DNA of 64,000 nt from Actinomycetota bacterium (GCA_046731295.1 JBKPKU010000054.1:52833-116832); one strand, 5' to 3'; numbered from the stretch's first letter, positions 19,801 through 30,024 are shown. Numbers and translations: made by a program. The notes: generated from the letters alone by a model not told the origin.

Positions 19801-20039
19801 TGGTCGTAGTTGTATGTGATGACGTCCCCGATCACGAAGAACGTCATACCGAGGGCGAACAGGTGCCAGGGCAGGCGCACCTCGGGCTTCCAGAGCCAAA
19901 CCGCCCCCATGATCGCGACCGGCGAGGACAGGGAGATCAGGTTGAAGAACCACCCCTGTCGCAGGTGCGGGACGAGCACGAATGCGAGCAGGGCGCCGAT
20001 GCCGCCGCCCAGGTAGAGGAGCCAGGCGCGCGCCTTCAT
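16884..20039 (-). CDS. Membrane-anchored sensory c-di-GMP protein: multi-TM N-terminal domain, GAF, PAS, GGDEF (diguanylate cyclase) and EAL (phosphodiesterase) domains
   Basis: 1051 aa. ~8 predicted TM helices at the N-terminus; RLGGDEF A-site motif; EAL domain motifs (ELETGRIEGLEALIRW, DDFGTGYSSL, KVDKSFV). Confidence 0.85.
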   Translation of the reverse strand: MKARAWLLYLGGGIGALLAFVLVPHLRQGWFFNLISLSSPVAIMGAVWLWKPEVRLPWHLFALGMTFFVIGDVITYNYDQLFGTELPYPSIGDVTYLLVYACLVGGLLMLIRRRTPGRDRDSVVDSLIVAIGVGTMQWVFLMSPVAHDSASTVLQKLVGMAYPFMDLILLTAVVRLAMGAGKPAPSMYLMGTAAMALFLTDTVYTYISVTGAVYDQSGYLEVGWGMFYLLWGAAALHPSMRGVSDKAPEAEPRMSKRRLLVLASASLIAPGVMLIQLSRADAVDMPVLIGASVALFILVVVRMSGLVRRQEQSAFREKALRNAGAALVTATSRESIYTATLQAARSLIGDHAGLRLLVATEDDRDRFRVVAAAGGDVGVEGTTVSLSVLPQWKRDRLQSHRSYEVPAAEAELAWSLGMPENATFLLRAPLFMKEELQGLLVLAAPDTVPRATRESLEALSSQVALALDSALTTEALLIRQSEARFSSLVQNSSDVVMVVEADSTIRYISPSVERVLGHEAAELEGTKLTVLIHPDDRTNVLQFLTSGGVEGDGHPGLTEFRMKHRDDFWLNVEALRTNLMNDENVKGIVLNTRDVSERKAFEEQLAHQAFHDAVTGLANRALFKDRVEHMIERQARDSLPVSILFMDLDDFKTINDSLGHAAGDRLLGEVGERLKQSLRQADTAARLGGDEFAILLEDGGDGVDAAEVAARILASLEAPFHLEGKEVFVRASIGIASADARTGGPEGAEELLRNADVAMYMAKEAGKGRYQVFEPAMHDTALLRLELKADLQRAVDNDEFVLHYQPVIELETGRIEGLEALIRWQHPQRGLVAPLDFIPLAEETGLIVPIGRWVLREACMQARRLQERFALSPPSHMAVNLSARQLQRPEIVGEIAETLQEAELHPHSLILEITESVMMQDMDLSIQRLAELKELGVRLAVDDFGTGYSSLNYIRRFPVDILKVDKSFVDGVDEGGEESALTAAIIELAGILRLRPVAEGIEHADQLDKLLALRCDLGQGFYFAKPLPLAGVDDLLTTRQTLATRETELSS

Positions 20040-20179
20040 GGTGCCTTCAGATATCGGTCCCGAGCGTGGATGACCTTAGGGCGGCCGAGGGACCTCCGGC
20101 CGCCCGAATGACCGCTTGACCAGCGGAAACGGGCGCCTCGGGCCCCTGAGGCTCCGAGACCGGCGAGGCCTCAATGGCC

Positions 20180-20773
20180 CTACGGCCGAGGGATCGAGGG
20201 GAGCCGGGACGGCCGCGCCCGCTCGAACGCGTCGATCGCGTCCGCGTGCCTGAACGTGAGGTCGATGTCGTCCAGGCCCTCGAGCAGGCGCCAGCGCGTG
20301 TACGGGTCGATCTCGAAGGACTCGTGCACGGCGGCCGCGCTCACGCGCAGCTCGTTCAGGTCGATCGTGATCTCGGTCGCCGGGTCGTCCAGGACGGCGT
20401 CCATCAGGGCGCGGACCGACTCGTCCGGCAGCTCGACGGGCAGCAGCCCGATCTTGAAGCAGTTGTTGCGGAAGATGTCCGCGAAGGATGGGGCGATCAC
20501 GACGCGGAACCCCGCGTCCTCGAGCGCCCACACGGCATGCTCGCGGCTCGAGCCGCCGCCGAAGTTCGGTCCGGCCAGCAGGATCGTCGCCCCCTCGTAG
20601 GCGGGCTGATTCAGCACGAACCCGGGATCTTTTCGCCACCCGCCGAACAGGAACGGCCCATACCCCGATCGCTCGATCCGCCGCAGGTGCTCGGCGGGGA
20701 CGATCTGATCGGTGTCCACGTTCGCCCGGTCGAGCGGCACGGCGCGGCCGGTGTGGACCGAGAAGGCCCTCAT
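20180..20773 (-). CDS. leuD: 3-isopropylmalate dehydratase small subunit
   Basis: [26 protein letters not shown] ... [12 protein letters not shown] aconitase swivel-domain motifs. ATGA overlap with leuC. The upstream 171 codons of the ORF were rejected. Confidence 0.85.
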   Translation of the reverse strand: MRAFSVHTGRAVPLDRANVDTDQIVPAEHLRRIERSGYGPFLFGGWRKDPGFVLNQPAYEGATILLAGPNFGGGSSREHAVWALEDAGFRVVIAPSFADIFRNNCFKIGLLPVELPDESVRALMDAVLDDPATEITIDLNELRVSAAAVHESFEIDPYTRWRLLEGLDDIDLTFRHADAIDAFERARPSRLPSIPRP

Positions 20774-22149
20774 CGGTCCAGGTCCTGCGGCGTGGCGAAG
20801 TGGCCGGCGATCGCCGTGGCCGCCGCGACCGCCGGGCTGACCAGGTGGGTCCGGCTGCCCTTGCCCTGTCGGCCCTCGAAGTTCCGGTTGCTCGTCGAGG
20901 CGCACCGCTCGCCCGGCGTCAGCTGGTCGGGGTTCATCCCGAGGCACATCGAGCAGCCGGCGTCGCGCCACTCGAACCCGGCCGCCACGAACACGCGATC
21001 CAGGTCCTCGCGCTCGGCCTGCTGCTTCACGAGCATCGACCCGGGGACCACCATCGCGCGCAGGCCCTCGCGAACGCGATGCCCTTCGAGCACGCCGGCC
21101 GCCTCGCGCAGGTCCTCGATGCGCGAGTTCGTGCACGAGCCGATGAACACGGTGTCGGGACGGATGTCCCGGATCGCGGTCCCCGGGCGCAGGTCCATGT
21201 ACGCGAGCGCGCGTTCGGCGGCCTCGTCCTCGGGCTCGGGGACGACGTCGTCGATCGTGACTGTCTGCGACGGGTTCGTCCCCCACGACACGTGCGGCCG
21301 GAGTCCGGCCGCCTCGATCTCGATCTCGGCGTCGAACGCCGCGCCTTCGTCGGTCGGCAGCGAGCGCCAGTCCTCGAGGGCCTCCTCCCAGTCGGATCCG
21401 CTGGGGGCGTTCGGACGGCCTTCCAGGTAGGCGAACGTCGTCTCGTCGGGCGCGACCATGCCGGCCCGCGCGCCGCCCTCGATCGACATGTTGCAGATCG
21501 TCATCCGCCCCTCCATCGAGAGCGAGCGGATCGCACTGCCGCGGTACTCGATCACGTGGCCGGTGCCGCCCCCCGTCCCGATGCGCGCGATGATCCCCAG
21601 GATCACGTCCTTGGCGGAGACTCCGGCCGGCAGGTCACCCTCGACCGTGACCGCCATCGTCTTGGGGCTGCGCTGCGGGAGGGTCTGCGTCGCGAGCACG
21701 TGCTCGACCTCGCTGGTCCCGATGCCGAACGCGAGCGCCCCGAATGCCCCGTGCGTGCTCGTGTGCGAGTCCCCGCACACGATCACCAGGCCGGGCTGCG
21801 TCAGTCCCATCTGGGGCCCGATCACGTGCACGATCCCCTGCCCCAGATCCCCCGTCGGGAACAGCGCGATCCCGGCGTCGGCGCAGTTGCGCGCGAGCGC
21901 CTCCATCTGCGTTCGGCTGATCGGGTCGATCGGCCCCGGCGCCGTCGGCACGTTGTGGTCCATCGTGGCCACGGTCAGGTCGGGCCGCCGCACGGTCCGC
22001 CCGGCCAGGCGGAGACCCTCGAAGGCCTGCGGGCTCGTCACCTCGTGCACCAGGTGCAGGTCGACGTAGAGCAGGTCGGGCTCGCCCTCTGCCCGGTGGA
22101 CGACGTGCCGTTTCCAAACCTTCTCTGCCAGTGTCCGGCGCTCGGTCAT
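20770..22149 (-). CDS. leuC: 3-isopropylmalate dehydratase large subunit
   Basis: Aconitase-family motifs ([20 protein letters not shown], Fe-S cysteines in [10 protein letters not shown] ... CSMCLGMN). 459 aa from [10 protein letters not shown]; the 256-codon N-terminal ORF extension was rejected. Confidence 0.9.
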   Translation of the reverse strand: MTERRTLAEKVWKRHVVHRAEGEPDLLYVDLHLVHEVTSPQAFEGLRLAGRTVRRPDLTVATMDHNVPTAPGPIDPISRTQMEALARNCADAGIALFPTGDLGQGIVHVIGPQMGLTQPGLVIVCGDSHTSTHGAFGALAFGIGTSEVEHVLATQTLPQRSPKTMAVTVEGDLPAGVSAKDVILGIIARIGTGGGTGHVIEYRGSAIRSLSMEGRMTICNMSIEGGARAGMVAPDETTFAYLEGRPNAPSGSDWEEALEDWRSLPTDEGAAFDAEIEIEAAGLRPHVSWGTNPSQTVTIDDVVPEPEDEAAERALAYMDLRPGTAIRDIRPDTVFIGSCTNSRIEDLREAAGVLEGHRVREGLRAMVVPGSMLVKQQAEREDLDRVFVAAGFEWRDAGCSMCLGMNPDQLTPGERCASTSNRNFEGRQGKGSRTHLVSPAVAAATAIAGHFATPQDLDR

Positions 22150-22226
22150 GATCGGAGATGGTGGCAGGCCGGGCGCGGCTCCGTCCACGGTCTGGGGGTG
22201 CGCCCGCGTCGGGCCCCGGGCGGCGG

Positions 22227-23861
22227 TCAGAGACGGCGGTCGAGGATCTCGACGATCCGATCCTCGATACCCGACGCCGTCCACTTCGACAGGCCCCGCG
22301 ACAGGATCGAGAACTCTGTCCACTCGTTCGGCCCGGTCTTCACCCATCCCGACAGCGCGGACACGTCGTCCAGCGTCCCGGTCTTGGCCCGCACGTCGAT
22401 CCCGTGCAGGCGGTTGACGAGCGTCCCCTGACCGCCGGTGGGGAGCGCCGCCCGGAGCTCGAGCCCCCAGGGCTGGTCCTCCGCGAACGACAGGAGCCGG
22501 ACGATGCCGTGCGCCGTCACGCGGTCGCCGTAGGACAGGCCGGAGCTGTCGTGCAACCGGAAGGCGATGCCGTGGGCGTCGGTCCAGCCCTGGAGCGCCG
22601 CGGCGCCCTTGGCGATCGTGCCCGGGAGCGCGGTCTCGGCCCCCAGGCGCTTGCCGAGCGTCTCGGCCATGAAGTTGTCCGATGGACGCAGCATCTTGGT
22701 GGACAGGCGCTGCAGCGACGCCGAGCGCTCGACGGCGATCGTCTCGAGCCCCTCGGGCGGATCGCCCCTCGTCGGGGTGCCGTCCACGTGGACGCCCAGG
22801 TCCTCGAGCCGCCGCGTGAGCGCCTTGGCGGCATCGCGCTCGGGGTCGGCGTCGCGATTGCCCTCGAATGTCAGCGCAGTCGGGCGGTTCACGTAGTCGC
22901 GCGCGTCCTCGTGCCACCCCGGCGCGTCCCAGTCGCGAGCGAAGTAGTCGGTGGCTCCGACGATCCGGCCCTGGACGCGCGTGATCCCGGCGTCGACCAG
23001 ATCGTGCGCGAGCGCTCCCATCGTCGCGTCATCCACGGTGGGGTCGCCCTGGCCGAGGATCCACAGGTCCTGGACCTCCCCCGTCTCGCCCGCCGCGACC
23101 GCGACGCTCGTGGGGATGCGGAAGTCCGCCCCGAACGTGTCGTACATCGTCATCGCGAGCAGAAGCTTCTCGTTGGAGGCCGGCCGGCGCGGCGTCTGCG
23201 CCTCGTGGTGGTACAGGATCACGCCGTCCTGTCCGATCGCCGCGGAGACCGCCCGGTCGCCGATCGCGCGGGTGATCGCGTCCATCCACCGCGCGGCGGT
23301 GACCTCGGACCTCAGCACGGGCGACGAGCTCGTCTCGTTCGGCTGGGCCTGCGCCCCCCGCACGCGGAGGCGAACCACGTCGTCGAACGCCGCGTCCACC
23401 ATCTCGCGCACCCGGACGAGCACCAGGTTCGTCGTGGCCGCAAGGCACGCGCCGTTCTCGGGGAAGAGCCCGCGGTACTGGCCGGTCTGCGGCTGCGACG
23501 CATCGAACGCGAACGCCCCGTCCCCCGTCGTCGTGCCGCCACCGATCGTGGTGAACCCGGCCGAGTCGGCCGGCTGCCACTGCAGGGTCACCGGTCGTTC
23601 GTCGTTGCAGCCGGGGTCCCCGGTGACCGAGCCGGAGAGGTGGACTCGGTCGCCGAGGTACACGATCGGCGCGGACACCGAAAGCGTGGCCCTGGCCGTC
23701 TCGGCGAGCGCCGAGGGAACCGCGAGGGTCATGAGCAGGGCGAGCTCGGCCAGGGCGAGCGTTCGCAGATGTCGGCGGAGCCGGGTGCGGGCCACGGTCC
23801 TGGTTCCCCCCGTCGGAGCGAGCAGAGAATCCTGCCACCCGTCGAGTTGTCGGACAAGCAT
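22227..23861 (-). CDS. D-alanyl-D-alanine carboxypeptidase/endopeptidase (PBP4 family, peptidase S13)
   Basis: SxxK (ASNEK), SxN (PSDNF) and KTG (KTGTL) motifs in S13 order; signal peptide [22 protein letters not shown]. Start ambiguous (23861 or 23900). Confidence 0.7.
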   Translation of the reverse strand: MLVRQLDGWQDSLLAPTGGTRTVARTRLRRHLRTLALAELALLMTLAVPSALAETARATLSVSAPIVYLGDRVHLSGSVTGDPGCNDERPVTLQWQPADSAGFTTIGGGTTTGDGAFAFDASQPQTGQYRGLFPENGACLAATTNLVLVRVREMVDAAFDDVVRLRVRGAQAQPNETSSSPVLRSEVTAARWMDAITRAIGDRAVSAAIGQDGVILYHHEAQTPRRPASNEKLLLAMTMYDTFGADFRIPTSVAVAAGETGEVQDLWILGQGDPTVDDATMGALAHDLVDAGITRVQGRIVGATDYFARDWDAPGWHEDARDYVNRPTALTFEGNRDADPERDAAKALTRRLEDLGVHVDGTPTRGDPPEGLETIAVERSASLQRLSTKMLRPSDNFMAETLGKRLGAETALPGTIAKGAAALQGWTDAHGIAFRLHDSSGLSYGDRVTAHGIVRLLSFAEDQPWGLELRAALPTGGQGTLVNRLHGIDVRAKTGTLDDVSALSGWVKTGPNEWTEFSILSRGLSKWTASGIEDRIVEILDRRL

Positions 23862-23990
23862 CTCCTCGCGGGCGCGACGTCGACCCGCGAAGCACGTCAT
23901 CGGCGGGTGGGCGGCTGGGCTTGACCGACTTCGGCCACGAGATGAGGCAGATGGGGTGACAGGCCCGGCTCGGGCGTCCAGACTGTCCGG

Positions 23991-24866
23991 GTGACCCACG
24001 TCGCGTACCGGTTCCGACCCCAGCTCACGCGCCCGGTGATGGTGTGCGCTTTCGGCGGGTGGAACGACGGAGGCGAGGCCGCCACCACCGCCGCGCGGAC
24101 GCTGCGCTCGCAGTGGGGCGCGCGTCGGTTCGCCGAGATCGATCCCGAGGAGTTCTACGACTTCCAGGTCAACCGCCCGACGGTGCGCCTGGTCGAGGGC
24201 TCGACCAGGCGGATCGACTGGCCGGCGAGCCGGTTCTTCTCGGCGCGGATCAACGACCGCGATGCGATCGTCTTCGTCGGCGTCGAGCCCAACGTACGCT
24301 GGCGCACGTACGCGGGTTCGATCCTGCAGGTGTGTTCCGACTTCGACGTGTCACTGCTCATCACCCTCGGCGCGTTCCTGGCCGACGTGCCGCACACGCG
24401 ACCGGCGCCGGTGAACGCCGCGAGCGAGGACCAGGGCTGGCTCGCCAGGCCCGGGGTGGTCGCGGCCCGGTACGAGGGTCCGACCGGCATCGTCGGCGTG
24501 GTGAACGCGGCCGCGGCGCGCGCGAGCATCCCGGCGGTCTCGCTGTGGGCGGCCGCGCCCCACTACCTGCCGCAGTCGCGCAACCCCAAGGTCGCGCTCG
24601 CGCTGCTCGAGTCGCTGCGCGACCTCACCGGCCTGGAGGTCGACACCGGCGAGATCGAGCTCGCCGCCCGCGTGTTCGAGCGCGAGGTGTCCGAGGCGAT
24701 CGAGGAGGACGGCAACCTCGCCGCCTACGTGAGCCGGCTCGAGGAGGCCTCCGAGGTCATGGGGGACGACGACGAGGACGTTCCCCTCCACGCGGCCAGC
24801 GGCGACGACATCGCCGCCGAGCTCGAGCGTTTCCTGCGCGAGCACAACGGCTCGACCGAGGACTAG
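23991..24866 (+). CDS. PAC2 (proteasome assembly chaperone 2-like) family protein
   Basis: 291 aa of the actinobacterial PAC2 family ([17 protein letters not shown] ... [10 protein letters not shown]) with an acidic C-terminal tail. Confidence 0.7.
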   Translation: MTHVAYRFRPQLTRPVMVCAFGGWNDGGEAATTAARTLRSQWGARRFAEIDPEEFYDFQVNRPTVRLVEGSTRRIDWPASRFFSARINDRDAIVFVGVEPNVRWRTYAGSILQVCSDFDVSLLITLGAFLADVPHTRPAPVNAASEDQGWLARPGVVAARYEGPTGIVGVVNAAAARASIPAVSLWAAAPHYLPQSRNPKVALALLESLRDLTGLEVDTGEIELAARVFEREVSEAIEEDGNLAAYVSRLEEASEVMGDDDEDVPLHAASGDDIAAELERFLREHNGSTED

Positions 24867-24879
24867 CGCCCCGGGGTCG

Positions 24880-25686
24880 GTGGAGCTTCGACCGTTCGGG
24901 GGGACCGGGCCGTCGGTCCCGGTGGTCGGGCTCGGGACCTGGAGCGTGTTCGATCTCCCGCAGCGCCACGAGGACACGGCCCGCGCCGTGGTGCGGACGT
25001 TCTTCGACGGCGGCGCCCGGCTGGCGGACTCCTCGCCGATGTACGGGCGGGCGGAGGCCGTGCTGGGTCGCGCGCTCGACGCCGAGGGCGTCCGCGACGA
25101 CATCGTCGTCGCGACGAAGATCTGGACGCGCTCGATCGAGGACGGTCGCGCGCAGCTCGAGGCGCAGCTGGGGTTCTTCGGCCGCGTGGACATCGAGCAG
25201 GTCCACAACCTGGTGGCGTGGCGCGAGCACCTCGGCTGGCTGGAGCGCGCGCGTGAGGACGGACACGTCGGGCTGCTCGGCGCGACGCACTACCGCGAGG
25301 GCTCGTTCGACGAGCTGGCCGAGGTGATGCGCACCGGCCGGATCCACGGCGTGCAGGTCCCGTACAACCCGCTGGAACGCCGCGCCGAACGCGAGATCCT
25401 CCCGCTGGCCGACGAGCTCGGACTCGGTGTGATCGCGATGAGGCCCTTCGCCGAGGGCGCGCTGTTCCGCCGAGCCCCGCGAGATCCGGGGGTGCTGGCC
25501 ACGCTGGGCGTCTCGACCTGGGCGCAGGCGCTGCTGAAGTGGACGCTGTCGGACCCGCGGGTCACGGTGGCGATCCCCGCAACCGCGAAGACCGAGCACG
25601 CGACGGCCGACGCGGCGGCGGGCGAGCCGCCCTGGTTCGACGCCGAACAGCGCGCGCTGGTCGAGCGTTGCGTCGAGGGGGGTTGA
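24880..25686 (+). CDS. Aldo/keto reductase family oxidoreductase
   Basis: AKR fold motifs (GLGTWS ... DSSPMYG ... ATKIW ... VPYNPLER). Confidence 0.8.
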   Translation: MELRPFGGTGPSVPVVGLGTWSVFDLPQRHEDTARAVVRTFFDGGARLADSSPMYGRAEAVLGRALDAEGVRDDIVVATKIWTRSIEDGRAQLEAQLGFFGRVDIEQVHNLVAWREHLGWLERAREDGHVGLLGATHYREGSFDELAEVMRTGRIHGVQVPYNPLERRAEREILPLADELGLGVIAMRPFAEGALFRRAPRDPGVLATLGVSTWAQALLKWTLSDPRVTVAIPATAKTEHATADAAAGEPPWFDAEQRALVERCVEGG

Positions 25687-25688
25687 GG

Positions 25689-26669
25689 GTGCGCGCGATG
25701 GTGCTCGAGGCCCCGGGCCGCCCGCTCTCGGTGCTGGAGCGCCCGGTGCCCGAACCCGCGACCGGGCAGGTCCTGGTCGAGGTCGAGGCCTGCGCGATCT
25801 GCCGGACCGACCTGCACATCGCCGACGGGGAGCTCGAGCACCCGGCGCTGCCGCTGGTGCTCGGCCACCAGGCGGTCGGCACGATCGTGGCGGTCGACGA
25901 AGCGGTGACCGATCGGTCCGTCGGCGACCGGGTCGGCGTCCCCTGGCTCGGATGGGCGGACGGGACGTGCGCGTACTGCATGAGCGGCCGCGAGAACCTG
26001 TGCCCCCGGGCGCGGTTCACCGGGTACGACCACGATGGCGGCTACGCCGAGCGCCTGGTGGCCGACGCGCGTTTCTGCCTGCCGATCCCGGAGGCATTCG
26101 GACCGCTCGAGGCGGCTCCGCTGCTGTGCGCCGGCGCGATCGGCTACCGGGCGCTCCGTATCGCCGGCGAGGGCGGGCGCCTCGGCCTGTACGGGTTCGG
26201 GAACGCGGCGCGGATCGTGACGCGGGTCGCGCTTGACCGGGGGCAGGAGGTGTTCGCGTTCACGCGCCCGGGCGACGAGGAGACGCAGCGCGTCGCGCTC
26301 GAGCTCGGGTGCGCGTGGGCGGGAGGATCGATCGAGCCGCCCCCGAAGCCGCTGGACGCCGCGATCTTGTTCGCGGCGGTCGGGGACCTCGTGCCCCTCG
26401 CGCTCGCCGCGGTCGCGCCCGGTGGGAAGGTCGTGTGCGCCGAGATCCACATGTCGGACATCCCCTCGTTCCCATACGAGCTGCTGTGGCGGGAACGGGT
26501 CCTGCGTTCGGTGGCCAACCTGACGCGGCGCGACGGCGAAGAGCTCCTCGCCGTGGCGGCGCGCATCCCGATCCGCACTCAGGTCCGAACGTTCCCGCTC
26601 GCGCAGGCCAACGAGGCACTCGAGGCCACGCGCCGCGGCTCGCCCGAGACCGTGGTGCTCGTCCCCTGA
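25689..26669 (+). CDS. Zinc-dependent alcohol dehydrogenase (MDR family)
   Basis: Catalytic zinc ligands and GHQAVG motif (CAICRTDLH, GHQAVGTIV). Structural-zinc region CAYCMSGRENLC. Start at GTG 25689 or ATG 25698. Confidence 0.8.
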   Translation: MRAMVLEAPGRPLSVLERPVPEPATGQVLVEVEACAICRTDLHIADGELEHPALPLVLGHQAVGTIVAVDEAVTDRSVGDRVGVPWLGWADGTCAYCMSGRENLCPRARFTGYDHDGGYAERLVADARFCLPIPEAFGPLEAAPLLCAGAIGYRALRIAGEGGRLGLYGFGNAARIVTRVALDRGQEVFAFTRPGDEETQRVALELGCAWAGGSIEPPPKPLDAAILFAAVGDLVPLALAAVAPGGKVVCAEIHMSDIPSFPYELLWRERVLRSVANLTRRDGEELLAVAARIPIRTQVRTFPLAQANEALEATRRGSPETVVLVP

Positions 26670-26768
26670 CGCCTGAACGTAACCGAACGTTCACCCGGAA
26701 TCGGCCGGAGAGGGTTGCGAGCGCCCTGCGCCGAGGGCACGATGTCGTTTCGGCGCCGAGGAGGACCG

Positions 26769-26996
26769 ATGCTCAAGGCCTACGTCCTGATCCAAACCGA
26801 CGCAGGGGGCGGCACCAAGGTCCGCTCCGAGATCGGCTCGGTCCCGGGCGTGCGCCTGGCGCAGTCGGTGACCGGCCCCTACGACCTGGTCGTGCGGGCC
26901 GAGGTCGGGGACATGGACGCCCTCGGCCAGATGCTGAGCGACATCCAGCTCATCCCCGGCCTGACCCGAACGCTTACCTGCATCGTCAAGGGCTAG
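26769..26996 (+). CDS. Standalone Lrp/AsnC-type ligand-binding (RAM) domain protein, 75 aa
   Basis: MLKAYVLIQTDAGGGTKVRSEIGSVPGV...DLVVRAEVGDMDALGQMLSDIQLIPGLTRT matches the C-terminal regulatory domain of Lrp/AsnC with no HTH. RBS GAGGAGGACCG. The upstream part of the ORF was rejected. Confidence 0.6.
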   Translation: MLKAYVLIQTDAGGGTKVRSEIGSVPGVRLAQSVTGPYDLVVRAEVGDMDALGQMLSDIQLIPGLTRTLTCIVKG

Positions 26997-27128
26997 CCGC
27001 CCGAATCTGCTCGAGCACCGGCAACGGCAACGCCCCCGGTCCGGGCGAGAAGTTCCCGGGCGCGTTCGCTCACGCCTGCATGCTCTCGGCTCGGATCGGG
27101 GGCGTCACCCCTGCGTTGCTAGCTGTTG

Positions 27129-27407
27129 CTATCGCGCGCGGCGGATGGCCTTGATGAGATCCCACTTGCCCATCTTCGATCGGCCGGGGATCTTCATCCG
27201 CTTGGCCTCCTCGTACAGCTGCTCGCGGTTGCGGTCCTCGAGCGCTGTTCCTGCGCGACCGCCTCTAGCGCGACCGCGGGCCGCCTGTTGTCCGAGCGCC
27301 CTGCGGGTGCTCTTCGGCATGTGCGCGATGGTTCGCTTGGACCGGGCCGCCCGCTGGGCCTTCCGGACGTTGCGCTTGGCGGCCTGCGTCTGCTTCCTGG
27401 TCGCCAT
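27129..27407 (-). CDS. Small basic protein with C-terminal Rho-termination-factor N-terminal-like (Rho_N) motif
   Basis: 92 aa from MATRKQ; RBS GGAGGTGAGTCGC; C-terminal LYEEAKRMKIPGRSKMGKWDLIKAI motif. Confidence 0.55.
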   Translation of the reverse strand: MATRKQTQAAKRNVRKAQRAARSKRTIAHMPKSTRRALGQQAARGRARGGRAGTALEDRNREQLYEEAKRMKIPGRSKMGKWDLIKAIRRAR

Positions 27408-27474
27408 GCGACTCACCTCCTTCGAGGTCTCAATTGTTGTCACTTCCCTGGTGGGCAGGGGTGAAACATCGCGC

Positions 27475-28203
27475 TCAGTGCCGCGGGTCGGGTAGGTCCG
27501 AGATCGCCTCGCCGGCGTCGAACCGGCGCGTGGCGCCGTTCGTGATCACCGTGACGCCACCGTTCCCGAGCGCCGTCCAGCCGCCGGGCCGCCAGAACGC
27601 GGCGGTGCGCTCGTCGACCCCCAGCAGCGTCACGTCACCGGTCGGCGCGCGTGCGCGCGCGCCCTCGACCCATCGGTGTCCGAACGTCTCGAAGTGCGGC
27701 AGCAGCGCCACGTTCGGGACCAGACCGAGCGCGGGCGCGTAACGGCGGCGGTCGTCGCCCGGCATCCGCTCCTTGATCAGCGTCCACGCGCCCAGCGCCA
27801 TCGCGCCGGCCGAGGACCCCGCCAGCGCCCCGCCGCCCTGCCAGGCCTCGACGATCGCGTCCCACAACGGCGTGTCCGCGAGCGTCTTGGGGACCAGGCC
27901 TGGATCGCCGCCCACCAGGTAGAAGAAGCGACCGGCGCGGGCCGCCTCGACGTTCGGGCGGGCCTTCGCTTGCGTCCGGGTCGTGGCGGGGAGCTCGCGG
28001 ATCTCGAGCCCCAGGCCCCCGAACCAGCGGATGGCGTTCGCGACCGCCGTCTCGGGCCGCTGCCGCCCGGCCGCCGTCGCCAGCACGAACGCCGGGCCGT
28101 CGCCCGCGGCCTCCACCAGCGCGCGGTCCTGCGGCTCGTTGCCCGGGTTGAGCTCGTCGCCGCCCACGAGCGCGAGGGGGCCGGGTTCGGTCACGGCCGG
28201 CAT
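27475..28203 (-). CDS. Peptidase S51 family protein (cyanophycinase / peptidase E-like)
   Basis: 242 aa; S51 catalytic region around GSSAGAMALG (nucleophile-elbow serine). Confidence 0.7.
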   Translation of the reverse strand: MPAVTEPGPLALVGGDELNPGNEPQDRALVEAAGDGPAFVLATAAGRQRPETAVANAIRWFGGLGLEIRELPATTRTQAKARPNVEAARAGRFFYLVGGDPGLVPKTLADTPLWDAIVEAWQGGGALAGSSAGAMALGAWTLIKERMPGDDRRRYAPALGLVPNVALLPHFETFGHRWVEGARARAPTGDVTLLGVDERTAAFWRPGGWTALGNGGVTVITNGATRRFDAGEAISDLPDPRH

Positions 28204-28220
28204 CGTCTCACCGGTCGGTC

Positions 28221-29117
28221 TTACCCCAGGAGCGGCAGCACCTCGCCCATCGCACGGATCGAACGCTCCGTGACGGGGGAGAGCACGAGGACCGCCTCCT
28301 CGGCGCCGGCGTCTGCCAGCGCGCGCAGACGTTCGGCGACGAGGTCGGGCGAAGCGCCGTCGATCGGCACGATGTCATCGGTGATCGGGCGCTCGCCGGT
28401 GTCGGGGTCGAGCACGACCAGGGTGCACACGCTGCGCCGGATGTCGGCGGGGTCGCGGCCGACGTCCGTCGCGAGCGCCGAGATGCGCTCGTTCACGGGG
28501 GCGAGGCCCTCGGCCGTGTTGCCGAACCCGGTGTACCACGTGTTCCAGGCATCGACGTGCGGAAGCGCTATACGCAGGACGCGTTCGCCGGTCGATCCGA
28601 TCATGAGCGGCACGCGTCGCGATGGCTCCGGCAACAGGACTGCGTTCCGGACCTGCGAGAAGCGGCCCTCGAAGGTCACGTGCTCACCCGCGAGCAGCCG
28701 GCGGACGACCTCGAACGCCTCCTCGAACCGCGCGGCCCGTCGGTCGAATGGGATCCCGAACGCGCGGAACTCGGTCTCGTTCCACCCCGCGCCGATCCCG
28801 AACACGAACCGCCCGCCGCTTGCCTCGTCGATCGTGGCCGCCATCCGCGCGAGGATGCCCGGCGGGTGGAACGCCGTACAGGCGACCATCGGCCCGAGGC
28901 GGACGCGTTCGGTCGTTGCGGCCACCGCCGCGAGCGTGGTCCACGCGTCCCACGGACCGCGTTCGGGACGGCCGTCGTGGCGATACAGGAGGTGGTCACC
29001 GAGCCAGATCGAGTCGAACCCGACCTCCTCGGCCGCCCTCGCCATCGCGAGCAGCTCGGGCCAACGAACGTCGCGCTCTACCTCGGGGAGCTGGACGCCG
29101 ATCTGCAGCGGTCGCAC
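28221..29117 (-). CDS. LLM-class (luciferase-like) F420/flavin-dependent oxidoreductase
   Basis: TIM-barrel LLM motifs (GFDSIWLGDHLL ... RFVFGIGAGWNETEF ... PLMIGSTGERVLRIA). Confidence 0.8.
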   Translation of the reverse strand: MRPLQIGVQLPEVERDVRWPELLAMARAAEEVGFDSIWLGDHLLYRHDGRPERGPWDAWTTLAAVAATTERVRLGPMVACTAFHPPGILARMAATIDEASGGRFVFGIGAGWNETEFRAFGIPFDRRAARFEEAFEVVRRLLAGEHVTFEGRFSQVRNAVLLPEPSRRVPLMIGSTGERVLRIALPHVDAWNTWYTGFGNTAEGLAPVNERISALATDVGRDPADIRRSVCTLVVLDPDTGERPITDDIVPIDGASPDLVAERLRALADAGAEEAVLVLSPVTERSIRAMGEVLPLLG

Positions 29118-29121
29118 CAGC

Positions 29122-30024
29122 TCAGCGCTTCCCGGCCAGCGAGTCGAGCGCGGCCTTCATGCGCTGGACCGGTCCCTTGAGCGCGAGCTCCTCGGCCAGC
29201 GCGTCCACGCCCTCGTCGTCACGTTCACCCCGCCAGCGGTCGACCGGCGCGATCGCGTTCACCGGCACGAGCCGCTGCATCGTCGCGATGTAGCCGGCGC
29301 TCTCGGCGATCCGCGACCGCAGGGCAGGCTTGCCCTTCATCGGCCCGGCCCTGGGCTGCGAGGAGGCAGCGTCCGCGACGATCTCGTCCAGCGAGCCGTA
29401 GGCCTGCACGAGCGCGCGCGCCGTCTTCTCGCCCACCCCGCGGACGCCGGGGAGGCCGTCGCTCGCGTCGCCGCGCAGGATCGCGAACTCGATGTACCGG
29501 TCGGCCGGCACGCCGTACTTCTCGATCACCCCCGCCTCGTCCAACTCCAGCAGCTCCGAGACGCCTCGCAGCGTGAACAGCAGCTTGACCTGCGGGTCGT
29601 GCACTAGCTGGATCAGGTCGCGATCGCCGCTTACGATCTCGATGCGGTCGCGTTTTGGGGCGCTCGCAACGATGGCGCCGATCGCGTCCTCGGCCTCCCA
29701 GCCGCGCGTCATGGCCTGCGACATCCCGCTCAGGTCCAGGACCTGACGGAGCATCGGGAACTGCTCGGGTAGGCCCTCGGGGTCCGGCTGGCGATTCCCC
29801 TTGTAGTCGGCGTACATCTCGGTGCGCGCGACGGGACGCCACTCGTGGTCGTACACGTGCACTACCTCGCCCGGACGACGATTGACCAGCAGGCGCGTGG
29901 TCATGTCGAGGTAGCCGTGTACGGCGCCGACGTGCTGGCCGCCGGGCGCCCGAAGCTCCTGCCCCCAGGCGAAGAACGCGCGGTACATCAGGCTCGAGAC
30001 GTCCAGGAGGATCACGTGGGTCAC
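29122..30024 (-). CDS. 5-prime-3-prime exonuclease (FEN/Pol I N-terminal-domain family)
   Basis: ILLDVSSLMYRAFFA and GVPGVRGVGEKTARALV helix-hairpin-helix motifs typical of the 53EXO family. 300 aa, no polymerase domain. Confidence 0.8.
   Translation of the reverse strand: MTHVILLDVSSLMYRAFFAWGQELRAPGGQHVGAVHGYLDMTTRLLVNRRPGEVVHVYDHEWRPVARTEMYADYKGNRQPDPEGLPEQFPMLRQVLDLSGMSQAMTRGWEAEDAIGAIVASAPKRDRIEIVSGDRDLIQLVHDPQVKLLFTLRGVSELLELDEAGVIEKYGVPADRYIEFAILRGDASDGLPGVRGVGEKTARALVQAYGSLDEIVADAASSQPRAGPMKGKPALRSRIAESAGYIATMQRLVPVNAIAPVDRWRGERDDEGVDALAEELALKGPVQRMKAALDSLAGKR

Noticed and set aside
17031-20111. 1026-aa plus-strand ORF
   Set aside because: Antisense of the GGDEF/EAL gene whose domains are unambiguous; the product is low complexity.
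22150-22226. Possible leu leader or T-box upstream of leuC
   Set aside because: Only 77 nt separate leuC from the upstream co-directional PBP4 gene. There is no short BCAA-rich ORF or terminator-like hairpin there, so it is more likely read-through or a simple promoter.
20488-23994. Plus-strand ORFs 20488-22431, 22158-23924 and 22951-23994
   Set aside because: Antisense of leuC/leuD and the PBP4 gene; no motifs; expected from GC-skewed codon structure.
27676-29607. 643-aa plus-strand ORF
   Set aside because: Antisense of the S51 peptidase, LLM and exonuclease genes, all of which carry family motifs on the minus strand.
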